This document shows, piece after piece, positions 45,981 through 54,966 of a DNA stretch of 64,000 nt. How positions within the stretch are numbered: position 1 is the stretch's first letter; each line of letters starts with the position of its first letter. A program made the translations under genes and the position numbers. The notes below the pieces were generated by a model. It made no database searches. It was given only the letters and a program-made list of their open reading frames with translations, and had not been told where the DNA came from. The DNA comes from an uncultured Acidobacteriota bacterium (GTDB taxonomy: Bacteria; Acidobacteriota; JAQAZP01). The stretch is taken from NCBI GenBank assembly GCA_963836075.1, contig CAWIIB010000001.1, positions 992,001 through 1,056,000 of the forward strand, read 5' to 3'.

Positions 45981-47510
45981 CTACCAGGAAGCTCCCAGTT
46001 CGCCAACCTCGGCCTGCACGGCGTCCAGCACCCGGCATTCCCGCACGGCATCGGACATGTTGTTGTGGTCCGGGAAGAGCGGCCGGTCCTCGCCCAGGTG
46101 ATCCACAACCTCGCGCACGGCGGCGTGGGCCGCACGGGTGCCCCGGCCCGGCCGGTAGTCCCTGAAATCCAGGGCCTGGGCGCCGGCGATCAGCTCGATG
46201 CCGAGAACGCCGTGGGCGTTTTCCAGGATCTGCTTCGTCTTCAGCGCGGTGTTCATCCCCATGCTGACGAAGTCCTCCTGGTCGGCGGCGGCGGGGATCG
46301 ACTGGACGCAGGCCGGCATGGAGAGGGTCCGCTGCTCGACGATCAGCATGCCGGCGGTGTACTGGCTGAGCATGTGGCCGGAAAACATCCCCGCCCCCTC
46401 GGTGAGGAAAGCCGGCAGTCCAGCGCTGAGCGCCGGGTTGAGCAGCCGGTTGAGGCGGCGCTCGGAGAGCACGCTGACCATGGCCACCGAGGCGCCCACC
46501 ATGTCCAGGGGCAGGCTGATCGGCGTGCCCTGGAAGTTGGCGCCGGTGAGCACCGTATCCGTCTCGGGCACGAATATGGGGTTGTCCCCCACGCCGTTCA
46601 GTTCGATCTCGAACTGCTTGCGGGCGTAAGCCAGGTGGTCTCGGGCAGCCCCGATCACCTGGGGTGTGGAGCGCATGCTGTAGGCATCCTGGACCTTGGT
46701 CTTCACCCCCCCCAGCAGGTCGCTCTCCTCGATACAACGGCGGATGTTCGACGCCGAGGTTACCGCTCCCCGGAACCCGCGCAGCTCGTGCAGTTGGGAG
46801 AGATAAGGCTTCATATTGGCCCGCAGCGCCTCGAGGCTCATCGCGGCGGCGATCTCGGCCTGGCGGAGCCAGCGCTCCACATCGTAGATCTCGAGACAGC
46901 CCATACCGGAGATGAGATTGCTGCCGTTGATCACCGCCAGCCCGTCCCGGGCCTCGAGCACCACCGGTTTGATCCCCGCCCGCTCCAATGCAGCCTCGCC
47001 GCTGAGCCGCTGCCCCTCGAAAAACGCCTCACCCTTGCCCATCAGCACCAGGGCCACCTGGCTCATCGGGGCCAGGTCGCCGCAGGCCCCCACACTTCCT
47101 TTTTCGCAGACCATGGGGGTGACCCCGCGGTTGAGCATGTCGCAGATGGTCCGGGTGATCACCGGCCGGCAACCGGAATGGCCGTGGGCATGAACATTGG
47201 CCCGGGCAAACATCGCCGCCCGGACATGCTCCAGCGGCGCCGGCTCACCGATGCCGGCGGAATGGTTGTAGATCAGGTAGCGCTGGAAATCTTTCAACTG
47301 GTCATCGGAGAGCGCCACCTCGGAGAACTCACCGATTCCGGTGTTGACCCCGTACATGACCTCGCCGGCCTCGATCTTTCGCTCGAGCATCGCCCGGCAG
47401 ACCTTGATTCGCTCAACCGCCGCTCCGTCCAGTTCAACTTTTTCGTTGTGGCGGGCCACTGCCACCACGTCTTCGATGGTCAGGCCGCCGCCGGCAATCG
47501 TAATGGCCAT
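45981..47510 (-). CDS. hutH: MIO-dependent aromatic amino acid lyase (histidine ammonia-lyase-like), Ala-Cys-Gly variant
   Basis: YGVNTGIG, GSVGACGDLAP, INGS, VQDAYSMR, DNP, NFQG, QEDFVSMG. Confidence 0.85.
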   Translation of the reverse strand: MAITIAGGGLTIEDVVAVARHNEKVELDGAAVERIKVCRAMLERKIEAGEVMYGVNTGIGEFSEVALSDDQLKDFQRYLIYNHSAGIGEPAPLEHVRAAMFARANVHAHGHSGCRPVITRTICDMLNRGVTPMVCEKGSVGACGDLAPMSQVALVLMGKGEAFFEGQRLSGEAALERAGIKPVVLEARDGLAVINGSNLISGMGCLEIYDVERWLRQAEIAAAMSLEALRANMKPYLSQLHELRGFRGAVTSASNIRRCIEESDLLGGVKTKVQDAYSMRSTPQVIGAARDHLAYARKQFEIELNGVGDNPIFVPETDTVLTGANFQGTPISLPLDMVGASVAMVSVLSERRLNRLLNPALSAGLPAFLTEGAGMFSGHMLSQYTAGMLIVEQRTLSMPACVQSIPAAADQEDFVSMGMNTALKTKQILENAHGVLGIELIAGAQALDFRDYRPGRGTRAAHAAVREVVDHLGEDRPLFPDHNNMSDAVRECRVLDAVQAEVGELGASW

Positions 47511-47722
47511 AACGTTCAGTTCTCCTAAAAGTGGTCGCCCTCTTCAGTGCACGCGGCTGTCAGCGTCTGTCCGGTGGCATCCCCAGCCGCAAAACAGCCC
47601 AATAATAGCGCCGGAAGCCGCGTTCGTCGAGGGGGAAATCCTATCCGGCGGCACTCTGCATGATATACTCGCCGGGATCAACCGGGCCTTTGCCCGCACA
47701 CCAAGCACGGAGGAAATCATCC

Positions 47723-49213
47723 ATGATCCGACTGGCAAAAATCGTCTTCACCGGCTGCCTGTTATTGATGATGATGGTTCCCGCCGCGGCAAAGGACGCC
47801 GCCGGCGAGTTCGACCGCTGGTTCGTCGACCGCACCCTGCGGGTGGACTACTACCACATCGGCAATGCGGAGGAGGAGGCCGTAACCCTCGACCGGTTGT
47901 ATGAACAGGGGACGTGGGCCGGCAGCACTGAGAACCTCCTCGACACCCGCAACAACGGGGCCTTTTACGTCAAGGTGTTCGACGCGGCCACCAACCAGTT
48001 GATCTTCAGCCGCGGATTCGACACCATTTTCCGCGAATACCAGACAACAGCCCCGGCCGCCGCCGGGGTCAGCCGCACCTTTCACGAGAGCTTCCTGATG
48101 CCCCGGCCAAAGAGGCCGTTCCAGTGGACGATGGAACGGCGTGACCGGACCAACCACCTCACACCGGTGTTCAGCACGGTGATCGACCCCAACGAGGTGA
48201 CGGTGGTCCGGGACGCACTGATTCCGGGCGTGTCCACGGCGCTGCACCACGAGGGCGGGCACCCGCACCGCTGCGTGGACTTTCTGCTGGTGGCCGACGG
48301 TTACACCGCGGAGGAGGAGGAGAAGTTTGCCGCAGACTGCCGGCGGATGACCGAAATGCTCTTCCGCTACGAACCCTACAGCTCCGAAAAAACAGCGATC
48401 AACGTGCGCAGCGTTTTCCGGGCCAGCGCGGAAAGCGACGTCAGCAAGCCCCACTTCGGCGAGTACCGCAGCGGTTCGGTGGGCACCAGTTTCTACTCCC
48501 TCGGATCGCCCCGCTACCTGCTCACCGAGGACAACCGGGCCCTGCGCGATGTGGCGGCCCACGCTCCCTATGACGCCCTGTGCATCCTGGTCAACACCGC
48601 CACCTACGGCGGCGGCGGGATATACAACCTCTACGCCACCAACGCCGTGGACAACCAGTGGGCCGAATACCTCTTCATCCACGAAATGGGCCACAGCTTT
48701 GCCGGACTGGCCGACGAATACTACACCTCGTCCACCGCGTACGACGAGGAGGCCTTCTATCCGCCCGGCATCGAACCGCTGGAGCCGAACATCACCCGCC
48801 TGATCGGTGACCCGGTGCCGAAGTGGAACGACGCGGCCGACGCCGGCCAGTACCCCACGCCCTGGGGCAAGGAGGCCTACGACGCCGCCGACCGGGCCTA
48901 CCAGGTGGAACGGGGAAAAATGAACCGCAAAATCGCCGACGCCAAACGTGCGGGCGCGGAAGCCGAACTGATCGCCGGATTGGAGGAGGAGTCGGCGCGC
49001 CTGAGCCGGGAGGCCGCGGCACGGGCCGACGCCATCCTGCGCCAGGACCCGAACTTCGGCAAGGTCGGCGCCTTCGAGGGCGCCGGCTACTGCAGCAGCG
49101 GTGTCTACCGGCCCGAACTGGACTGCATCATGTTTACCAAGGGGAGCAAGCCCTTCTGCCGGGTCTGCCGCGCGGCCATCGAGCGCACCATCCGCCACCA
49201 CACCGGAAGGTAG
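47723..49213 (+). CDS. Secreted M64-family metallopeptidase
   Basis: Signal peptide; TLRVDYYH N-domain; YGGGGIYN; HEMGHSFAGLADEYY; FEGAGY..GVYRP..DCIM...FC.VC. Confidence 0.92.
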   Translation: MIRLAKIVFTGCLLLMMMVPAAAKDAAGEFDRWFVDRTLRVDYYHIGNAEEEAVTLDRLYEQGTWAGSTENLLDTRNNGAFYVKVFDAATNQLIFSRGFDTIFREYQTTAPAAAGVSRTFHESFLMPRPKRPFQWTMERRDRTNHLTPVFSTVIDPNEVTVVRDALIPGVSTALHHEGGHPHRCVDFLLVADGYTAEEEEKFAADCRRMTEMLFRYEPYSSEKTAINVRSVFRASAESDVSKPHFGEYRSGSVGTSFYSLGSPRYLLTEDNRALRDVAAHAPYDALCILVNTATYGGGGIYNLYATNAVDNQWAEYLFIHEMGHSFAGLADEYYTSSTAYDEEAFYPPGIEPLEPNITRLIGDPVPKWNDAADAGQYPTPWGKEAYDAADRAYQVERGKMNRKIADAKRAGAEAELIAGLEEESARLSREAAARADAILRQDPNFGKVGAFEGAGYCSSGVYRPELDCIMFTKGSKPFCRVCRAAIERTIRHHTGR

Positions 49214-49224
49214 CACCAAAATTC

Positions 49225-49274
49225 AAAAAGAAGGGGGACAGACACCCCAAGACGGTTGCCAGTCCCCCTTTTTT
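49225..49274. terminator. Bidirectional terminator / REP-like hairpin
   Basis: AAAAAGAAGGGGGACAGACACC..GGTTGCCAGTCCCCCTTTTTT between convergent genes. Confidence 0.7.
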
Positions 49275-49298
49275 CTGCTCGGGCCTCAAACTGAGGTT

Positions 49299-49868
49299 TT
49301 ACCCGAAAATCGCACTGATCCGCTCGAACACCTCGTCGATGGTCCCGATCCCATCCACGTTGCGCACCACACCCTGCGGGCCGTAATAGTCGAGGCACGG
49401 CTCGCTCTGGTTCTTGTAGGTGTCGATGCGATTCTGGACGATGGAGCTGTCGGCGTCGTCGGCTCGGCCCTCGATGTCCGCCCGCTTGGAGAGCCGGCCG
49501 AAGATCTCCTCCTCGGCAACCGCGATGTTGATCACGTGGTCCAGGGGCAGCCCCAGTTCCTCGAGGATTCCGTTCAGCGCTTCGGCCTGGGGCACGCTGC
49601 GCGGGAACCCGTCAAGCAGGAACCCGGCCTTGACGTCATCCCTGCTCAGACGCTCGCGGACCATGGCGATGGTCACATCGTCGGGCACCAACTGGCCCTT
49701 GTTGGAGTAGGACTGGGCAGTCTGTCCCAGCTCGGTCCCGTTCTTGATGTGGTAGCGGAACATGTCTCCGGTGGAGATGTGGGGGACGTTGAGCAGGTCG
49801 ATCAGTTTTGCCGCCTGGGTGCCCTTGCCGGCTCCCGGAGGTCCGAAGAGTACGATGTTTTTGGCCAT
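49299..49868 (-). CDS. adk: Adenylate kinase, short-LID type
   Basis: GPPGAGKGTQ, HISTGDMFR, GFLLDGFPR, GRADD. Confidence 0.96.
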   Translation of the reverse strand: MAKNIVLFGPPGAGKGTQAAKLIDLLNVPHISTGDMFRYHIKNGTELGQTAQSYSNKGQLVPDDVTIAMVRERLSRDDVKAGFLLDGFPRSVPQAEALNGILEELGLPLDHVINIAVAEEEIFGRLSKRADIEGRADDADSSIVQNRIDTYKNQSEPCLDYYGPQGVVRNVDGIGTIDEVFERISAIFG

Positions 49869-49964
49869 GACATCCTCACTTGTTGGAATAACGGTGCACT
49901 TCTAATCAAACACCTCCCGGGGAGGTGAAAAACCGTCATCACCTGGGAAACCGCCGGGCCCGGA

Positions 49965-51887
49965 TCAGGATACGCCGGCCCCGCTGGGCAGGTCGCCGTC
50001 CACGGTGAGCAGCCGCAGCACCTTGCCCTTTTTCGCCGCCAGTACCATCCCCTGGGAGGGAATGCCACGGATGGTGGCCGGCTGGAGGTTGGCCACCACG
50101 ATCACCAGCCGGCCCACCAGCGCTTCGGGGGTGTAGTGCTCGGCGATTCCGGCCACCAGCTGCCGTTTCTCCCCACCGATCTCCACCTGCAGCTTGAGCA
50201 GCCGGTCGGCGTCCGCAACCGGCTCGGCCTCCAGTACCCGGGCCACCTTCAGCTTTATCCGGGCAAAATCTTCGATGGGGATCAGGGCCACCCCTTCAGC
50301 CCCGGCGCTGTTTTTCCCGGATTTTTTCTGCTCCTTCTTCTTTTCCTTCTCCTCGCGCAGGATCCGCGGGAAGAGCGCCTCCAGCCCGCCGGCCGGGCGG
50401 CCGGGCTCCAGCACGCCCCAGGTCTTCAAGTTCTCCATCTGCGGCTCGATCTCGTCATCGGCAATGCCAATGGCCCGCCGCAGTTCGTTCATCTTCTGCG
50501 GGATTACCGGGTAGAGCAGCCCGGAGACGATCCGCAGGCATTCCAGGGTGGTGTAGATGGTCCTGGCGAAGCCGGCTGAATCGCCGCTCTTCAACATGTT
50601 CCAGGGCGCCTGGTGGTCAAAGTACCTGTTGGCCGCCCGAATCGCGCCGATGGCGCCGGCCAGGCCGCGATCGAGGGCCATGCCCTGGAGGTGGCGCTGC
50701 ATCCCCTCCACCGCCGCCAGACAGTTCTCCCGCAGTTCCTTTTCGGCGGCGCCGGACCCTTCCGCCCTGCGGTCGGGCACCCTGCCGCCCAGATTGCGCT
50801 CCACCATCCGCAGGGCCCGGCTGGCCAGGTTGCCCAGGTCGTTGGCCAGGTCGGCGTTGTAGCGCAGGATGAAGGCCTCCTCCGTGAAACTGGCGTCCCG
50901 GCCCAGGGTCATCTCCGCCATCAGGAAGTAGCGCAGGGCATCCACCCCGTATTTTTCCGCCATCTCCATCGGATCGGTGACGTTGCCCAGGGACTTGGAC
51001 ATCTTTGTCTTGCCGGTGAGCCACCAGCCATGGGCAAAGATGGTCCGCGGCTGCTCCAGCCCGGCGGCGTGGAGCATGGTGGGCCAGTACACGGTGTGCG
51101 TGGTGAGGATGTCCTTGCCGATGAGGTGCATGCTGGCCGGCCACCAGCGGGAAAAACTCTCCTCGTCACTGCCGTAGCCCACGGCACTGATGTAGTTCAC
51201 CAGGGCGTCGAACCAGACGTAACAGACAAAATCATCGTCAAAGGGCAGCGGCACGCCCCAGGGCAGCCGGGTTTTGGGCCTCGAAATGCAGAGGTCGCCC
51301 AGCGGCTGGCGCAGGAAACCGAGGGTCTCGTTGCGGCGGTAGTCGGGCTGGATGAATTCCGGGTGCTCGTTGATGTACTCGATGAGCCAGTCGCGATATT
51401 GGCCCATACGGAAGAAGTAGTTCGACTCGGTGATCTTCTCCACCGGCCGCCCGGTGGGGCTCAGCCCGTCCACCAGCTCGTCCTCGGTGTAGAACGTCTC
51501 GTCGCTGACGCAGTACCACCCCTCGTACTCACCGCGGTAGATCTCCCCCCGGTCGTAGAGATCCTGGAGGATCTTCTGTACCACCGTGGTGTGCCGGGGT
51601 TCGGTGGTCCGGATGAAATCGTCACAGGTGATCCCCAGCCGCTTCCACAACTCCCGGAAACGGACCACGGTGTTGTCGCACTGCTCCTGGGGGGTGATCC
51701 CCAGTTCCCGGGCCGCTTCGAAGACCTTCTGGCCGTGCTCGTCGGTGCCGGTGAGGAAGTGGGTCGGCGTGCCCAGCAGGCGGTGGTAGCGGGCCAGCAC
51801 GTCGGCCAGCAGCGTGGTGTAGGCGTGGCCGATGTGCGGAGTGCCGTTGACATAGTAGATGGGTGTGGTTACGTAGAAGTGGCTCAT
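49965..51887 (-). CDS. metG: Methionine--tRNA ligase with C-terminal tRNA-binding domain
   Basis: YVTTPIYY..PHIGH, GTDEHG, YVWFDAL, KMSKSLGN, Trbp111-like C-terminus. Confidence 0.97.
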   Translation of the reverse strand: MSHFYVTTPIYYVNGTPHIGHAYTTLLADVLARYHRLLGTPTHFLTGTDEHGQKVFEAARELGITPQEQCDNTVVRFRELWKRLGITCDDFIRTTEPRHTTVVQKILQDLYDRGEIYRGEYEGWYCVSDETFYTEDELVDGLSPTGRPVEKITESNYFFRMGQYRDWLIEYINEHPEFIQPDYRRNETLGFLRQPLGDLCISRPKTRLPWGVPLPFDDDFVCYVWFDALVNYISAVGYGSDEESFSRWWPASMHLIGKDILTTHTVYWPTMLHAAGLEQPRTIFAHGWWLTGKTKMSKSLGNVTDPMEMAEKYGVDALRYFLMAEMTLGRDASFTEEAFILRYNADLANDLGNLASRALRMVERNLGGRVPDRRAEGSGAAEKELRENCLAAVEGMQRHLQGMALDRGLAGAIGAIRAANRYFDHQAPWNMLKSGDSAGFARTIYTTLECLRIVSGLLYPVIPQKMNELRRAIGIADDEIEPQMENLKTWGVLEPGRPAGGLEALFPRILREEKEKKKEQKKSGKNSAGAEGVALIPIEDFARIKLKVARVLEAEPVADADRLLKLQVEIGGEKRQLVAGIAEHYTPEALVGRLVIVVANLQPATIRGIPSQGMVLAAKKGKVLRLLTVDGDLPSGAGVS

Positions 51888-54256
51888 GGGGTCTTCTTCT
51901 TTGCCGGGGCCTTTTTCACCTTCTTCTTTTTCTTTGCTCCACCGGCTCGTGCGGTGGTCTTTTTCTTCTTTTCCGGGGTGGCCTCGGCCAGCTCGACACA
52001 GCGCTGGTAGGTCAGGCTTTCCGGGTCCTCGCCCTTGGGTATGCGCACGTTCTTCTTTTCAAACGAGATGTAGGGCCCCCAGCGTCCGTTGAGCACCCGC
52101 ACGTCCTCGTTTTCCTCGAACTGCTTGATCAGCTTCTTGGCATCGGCCTCACGCTTGGCCTCGATCAACCGTATCGCCGTTTCCTGGTCCACGGTGTACG
52201 GATTGTTCTCCTTGCCCAGGGAAACGAACTTGCCGTCATGTCTGATGTAGGGGCCGAAACGGCCGATGGCGGCCACCATCGGTTGGTCCTCGAAAACACC
52301 CACTTCCCGGGGCAGCCGAAAGAGGTCGAGGGCCTGTTCAAACGTGACGTTTTCCAGCAACTGGCCCGGGCCGAGCTTGGCAAACTTCGGCTTGACCTCT
52401 TCGTCGTCGCTGACCAGTTCCACCACCGGACCGTAACGGGCCATGCGGGCCACGATCATCCGGCCGGTTTTGGGATCGTTGCCCAGTTCGCGCACCGGAC
52501 TGGCCTCGGCCCGGTCGACGTTTTCCTCGGTGGCCAGCACCCGGGGGTGGAACTCACCGTAGAAATTGGCAATCATCTCGTTCCAGCTGGTCTCCCCGGC
52601 GGCAATGGCGTCGAACTCCTTTTCCACCGTGGCGGTGAACGACAGGTCGATGACCTTGGGAAAGTGGGCCACCAGAAAATCGTTGACGATCATCGCCATG
52701 TCGGTGGGAAACAGTTTCATCTTCTCCGTGCCGGTCTGCTCGGAGCGCTGTGCCTCGGAGATCACGTCCTGGCAGAGTTCCAGTTCCCGGTATGTGCGTT
52801 CCCGGCCCTCACGCGATTCCTTGACCACGTAGCCGCGCTGCTGGATGGTGGTCAGGGTGGGGGCATAGGTGGACGGCCGTCCGATACCCTTTTCCTCCAG
52901 CGCCTTGACCAGTGAAGCCTCGGTGTAGCGGGGCTGGGGCCGGGTGAACCGCTCGGTGGCCGTCATCCTGTCCAGTGCCAGTTGCTGGCCCACCGCCAGC
53001 GGCGGCAGCATCCCCTTCTGCTCGTCGCTGCCGTTGTCGTCGGTGGAGACCTCGTAGACCTTGAGGAACCCGTCAAAGGCCACCATCTCGCCGCGGGCCA
53101 CCAGGGTCTGCTCCACTCCGGAGACGGCGATGGTGGCCACGGTTTTTTCCAGCCTGGCATCAGCCATCTGGGAGGCGATGGCCCGTTTCCAGATCAACTG
53201 GTAGAGCCGTTTCTCGTCCCGTCCCTTTCCCGCCCCCTCGACGGCGAAATCGGTGGGCCGGATCGCCTCGTGGGCTTCCTGGGCCGATGCCGAGGTGGTC
53301 CGGAATCTCCTGGTCTGGACATATTCCTCGCCGAAACTCTCGCCGATCCGGCCGGCAGCGGAAGCCAGGGCATCCTCGGACAGGACCAGCGAGTCGGTCC
53401 GCATGTAGGTGATGTGTCCCGCTTCATACAGTTTCTGGGCCAGGACCATGGTTTTGGATACGGAAAACCCGAGCTTGCGGCTGGCCTCCTGCTGCAGCGT
53501 GGAGGTGGTGAAGGGAGCGGCGGGCGATTTCTTTGCCGGCTTGCGCTCCAGGTTGTCCACGGTGAAACCGGCGCCCACGCACTGTTCGAGCCAGGACCGC
53601 GCCCCTTCTTCCGATTTCAGCCGGCGGGGATGCTCGGCGGTGAATGTGCGGCCGTCGTCGAGACCGAACAGTGCGGCCACCTTGAAGAACGATTCGGCGG
53701 TGAAGTTGAGGATGTCCCGCTCCCGCTCCACCACCATCCGCACGGCAGCCGACTGGACCCGACCGGCGGAAAGGCCCCGTTTGATCTTCTTCCACAGCAC
53801 CGGGGAGAGTTCAAAGCCCACCAGGCGGTCGAGCACCCGGCGCGCCTGCTGGGCGTTGACCAGCTTCTGGTCGATGGCCCGCGGTTCGTCGAAGGCCCTG
53901 AGAATCGCCGTCTTGGTAATCTCCCGGAACACCACCCGGCGCACCTTCTCCGGGGCAAGCTCAAGCGCCTGCTGGAGGTGCCAGGAGATCGACTCCCCCT
54001 CGCGGTCTTCGTCAGTGGCCAGCCAGATCAGCTCCGCCGACTGGGCATTTTTTTTCAGCTCCCGGACCAGGTCGGCCTTGTCCGCCATGATCTCGTAGGC
54101 CGGCTGGAAGCCGTTGTCCACGTCCACCGAAAGACCTTTTTTCTTCAGGTCGCGCACGTGGCCATAGCTGGATTTCACCGAAAAGCCCTCGCCCAGGTAT
54201 CCTTCCATGGTCTTGGCCTTGGCCGGTGATTCCACGATTACCAGGTTCTTGCTCAT
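51884..54256 (-). CDS. topA: DNA topoisomerase I
   Basis: LVIVESPAKA, ATDEDREGE, SAGRVQS, ITYMRTDS, GIGRPSTY; GRFGPY/GRWGPY C-terminal repeats and Lys-rich tail. Confidence 0.97.
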   Translation of the reverse strand: MSKNLVIVESPAKAKTMEGYLGEGFSVKSSYGHVRDLKKKGLSVDVDNGFQPAYEIMADKADLVRELKKNAQSAELIWLATDEDREGESISWHLQQALELAPEKVRRVVFREITKTAILRAFDEPRAIDQKLVNAQQARRVLDRLVGFELSPVLWKKIKRGLSAGRVQSAAVRMVVERERDILNFTAESFFKVAALFGLDDGRTFTAEHPRRLKSEEGARSWLEQCVGAGFTVDNLERKPAKKSPAAPFTTSTLQQEASRKLGFSVSKTMVLAQKLYEAGHITYMRTDSLVLSEDALASAAGRIGESFGEEYVQTRRFRTTSASAQEAHEAIRPTDFAVEGAGKGRDEKRLYQLIWKRAIASQMADARLEKTVATIAVSGVEQTLVARGEMVAFDGFLKVYEVSTDDNGSDEQKGMLPPLAVGQQLALDRMTATERFTRPQPRYTEASLVKALEEKGIGRPSTYAPTLTTIQQRGYVVKESREGRERTYRELELCQDVISEAQRSEQTGTEKMKLFPTDMAMIVNDFLVAHFPKVIDLSFTATVEKEFDAIAAGETSWNEMIANFYGEFHPRVLATEENVDRAEASPVRELGNDPKTGRMIVARMARYGPVVELVSDDEEVKPKFAKLGPGQLLENVTFEQALDLFRLPREVGVFEDQPMVAAIGRFGPYIRHDGKFVSLGKENNPYTVDQETAIRLIEAKREADAKKLIKQFEENEDVRVLNGRWGPYISFEKKNVRIPKGEDPESLTYQRCVELAEATPEKKKKTTARAGGAKKKKKVKKAPAKKKTP

Positions 54257-54336
54257 TCTTCTCTTTTACAGAATCGCCACCCGGGCAGGGTGGCTCGATT
54301 GCCGTCAAGCGATGATCCGTGCAGATCAGGGACCGT

Positions 54337-54597
54337 CTAGCCCATCTGGTCGGCAGGGATTCCCTTCTCTTCGAGCATGATCGGAATCCCGGAGTCCACT
54401 GCGTAGATCATCCTGGAGTCCTCGGTGATCAACCCTTCTTCCAGGGCCTGCTCCACCGCACTCTGGTCCACGTGAACGACCTGGCCGGCGGCGATGGCCA
54501 CGTTGAGGCGGTCAAGTTCACTGCTCGCCAACCGGCGAACCGGCACCTTGCTCACCGGGCAGCACAGGATCTCCACAAGCTCGTCGTTCAAAGGCAT
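54337..54597 (-). CDS. Trm112-like (YcaR/UPF0434) protein
   Basis: LVEILCCPVSK...YAVDSGIPIML. Confidence 0.85.
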   Translation of the reverse strand: MPLNDELVEILCCPVSKVPVRRLASSELDRLNVAIAAGQVVHVDQSAVEQALEEGLITEDSRMIYAVDSGIPIMLEEKGIPADQMG

Positions 54598-54966
54598 GGT
54601 CACTCCCCCTCTGGTTGCAGAATGCCAATGAAAGTATGTCATTTACACCATCTCGTGGAAAAAAGAAAGGGGAGAGTTTGAATCAGGACGGCAATTTCCA
54701 CATAATTCCCGGCGGCGGACCACTCCTGTCAGCATCCCCGGGCCGTTGACAGCTTTGTTGATTTTTTGCACTTTGGCTTTGACAAACGGGGTGTTTTTCG
54801 CGAAAATAGGCCCGACCGATCTACGTTTCCATATTTACACGAACTTGATTTGTTCCGAAGAGTTAAGCCGAATCTGGTTCATCGCGAGTACTCCACAGGT
54901 TGCGAGTGTCGCGCTGGGTCAAAGTTTTTGTGCATGAGTTGTATAACAACAAAAGGAGATGGCGCT

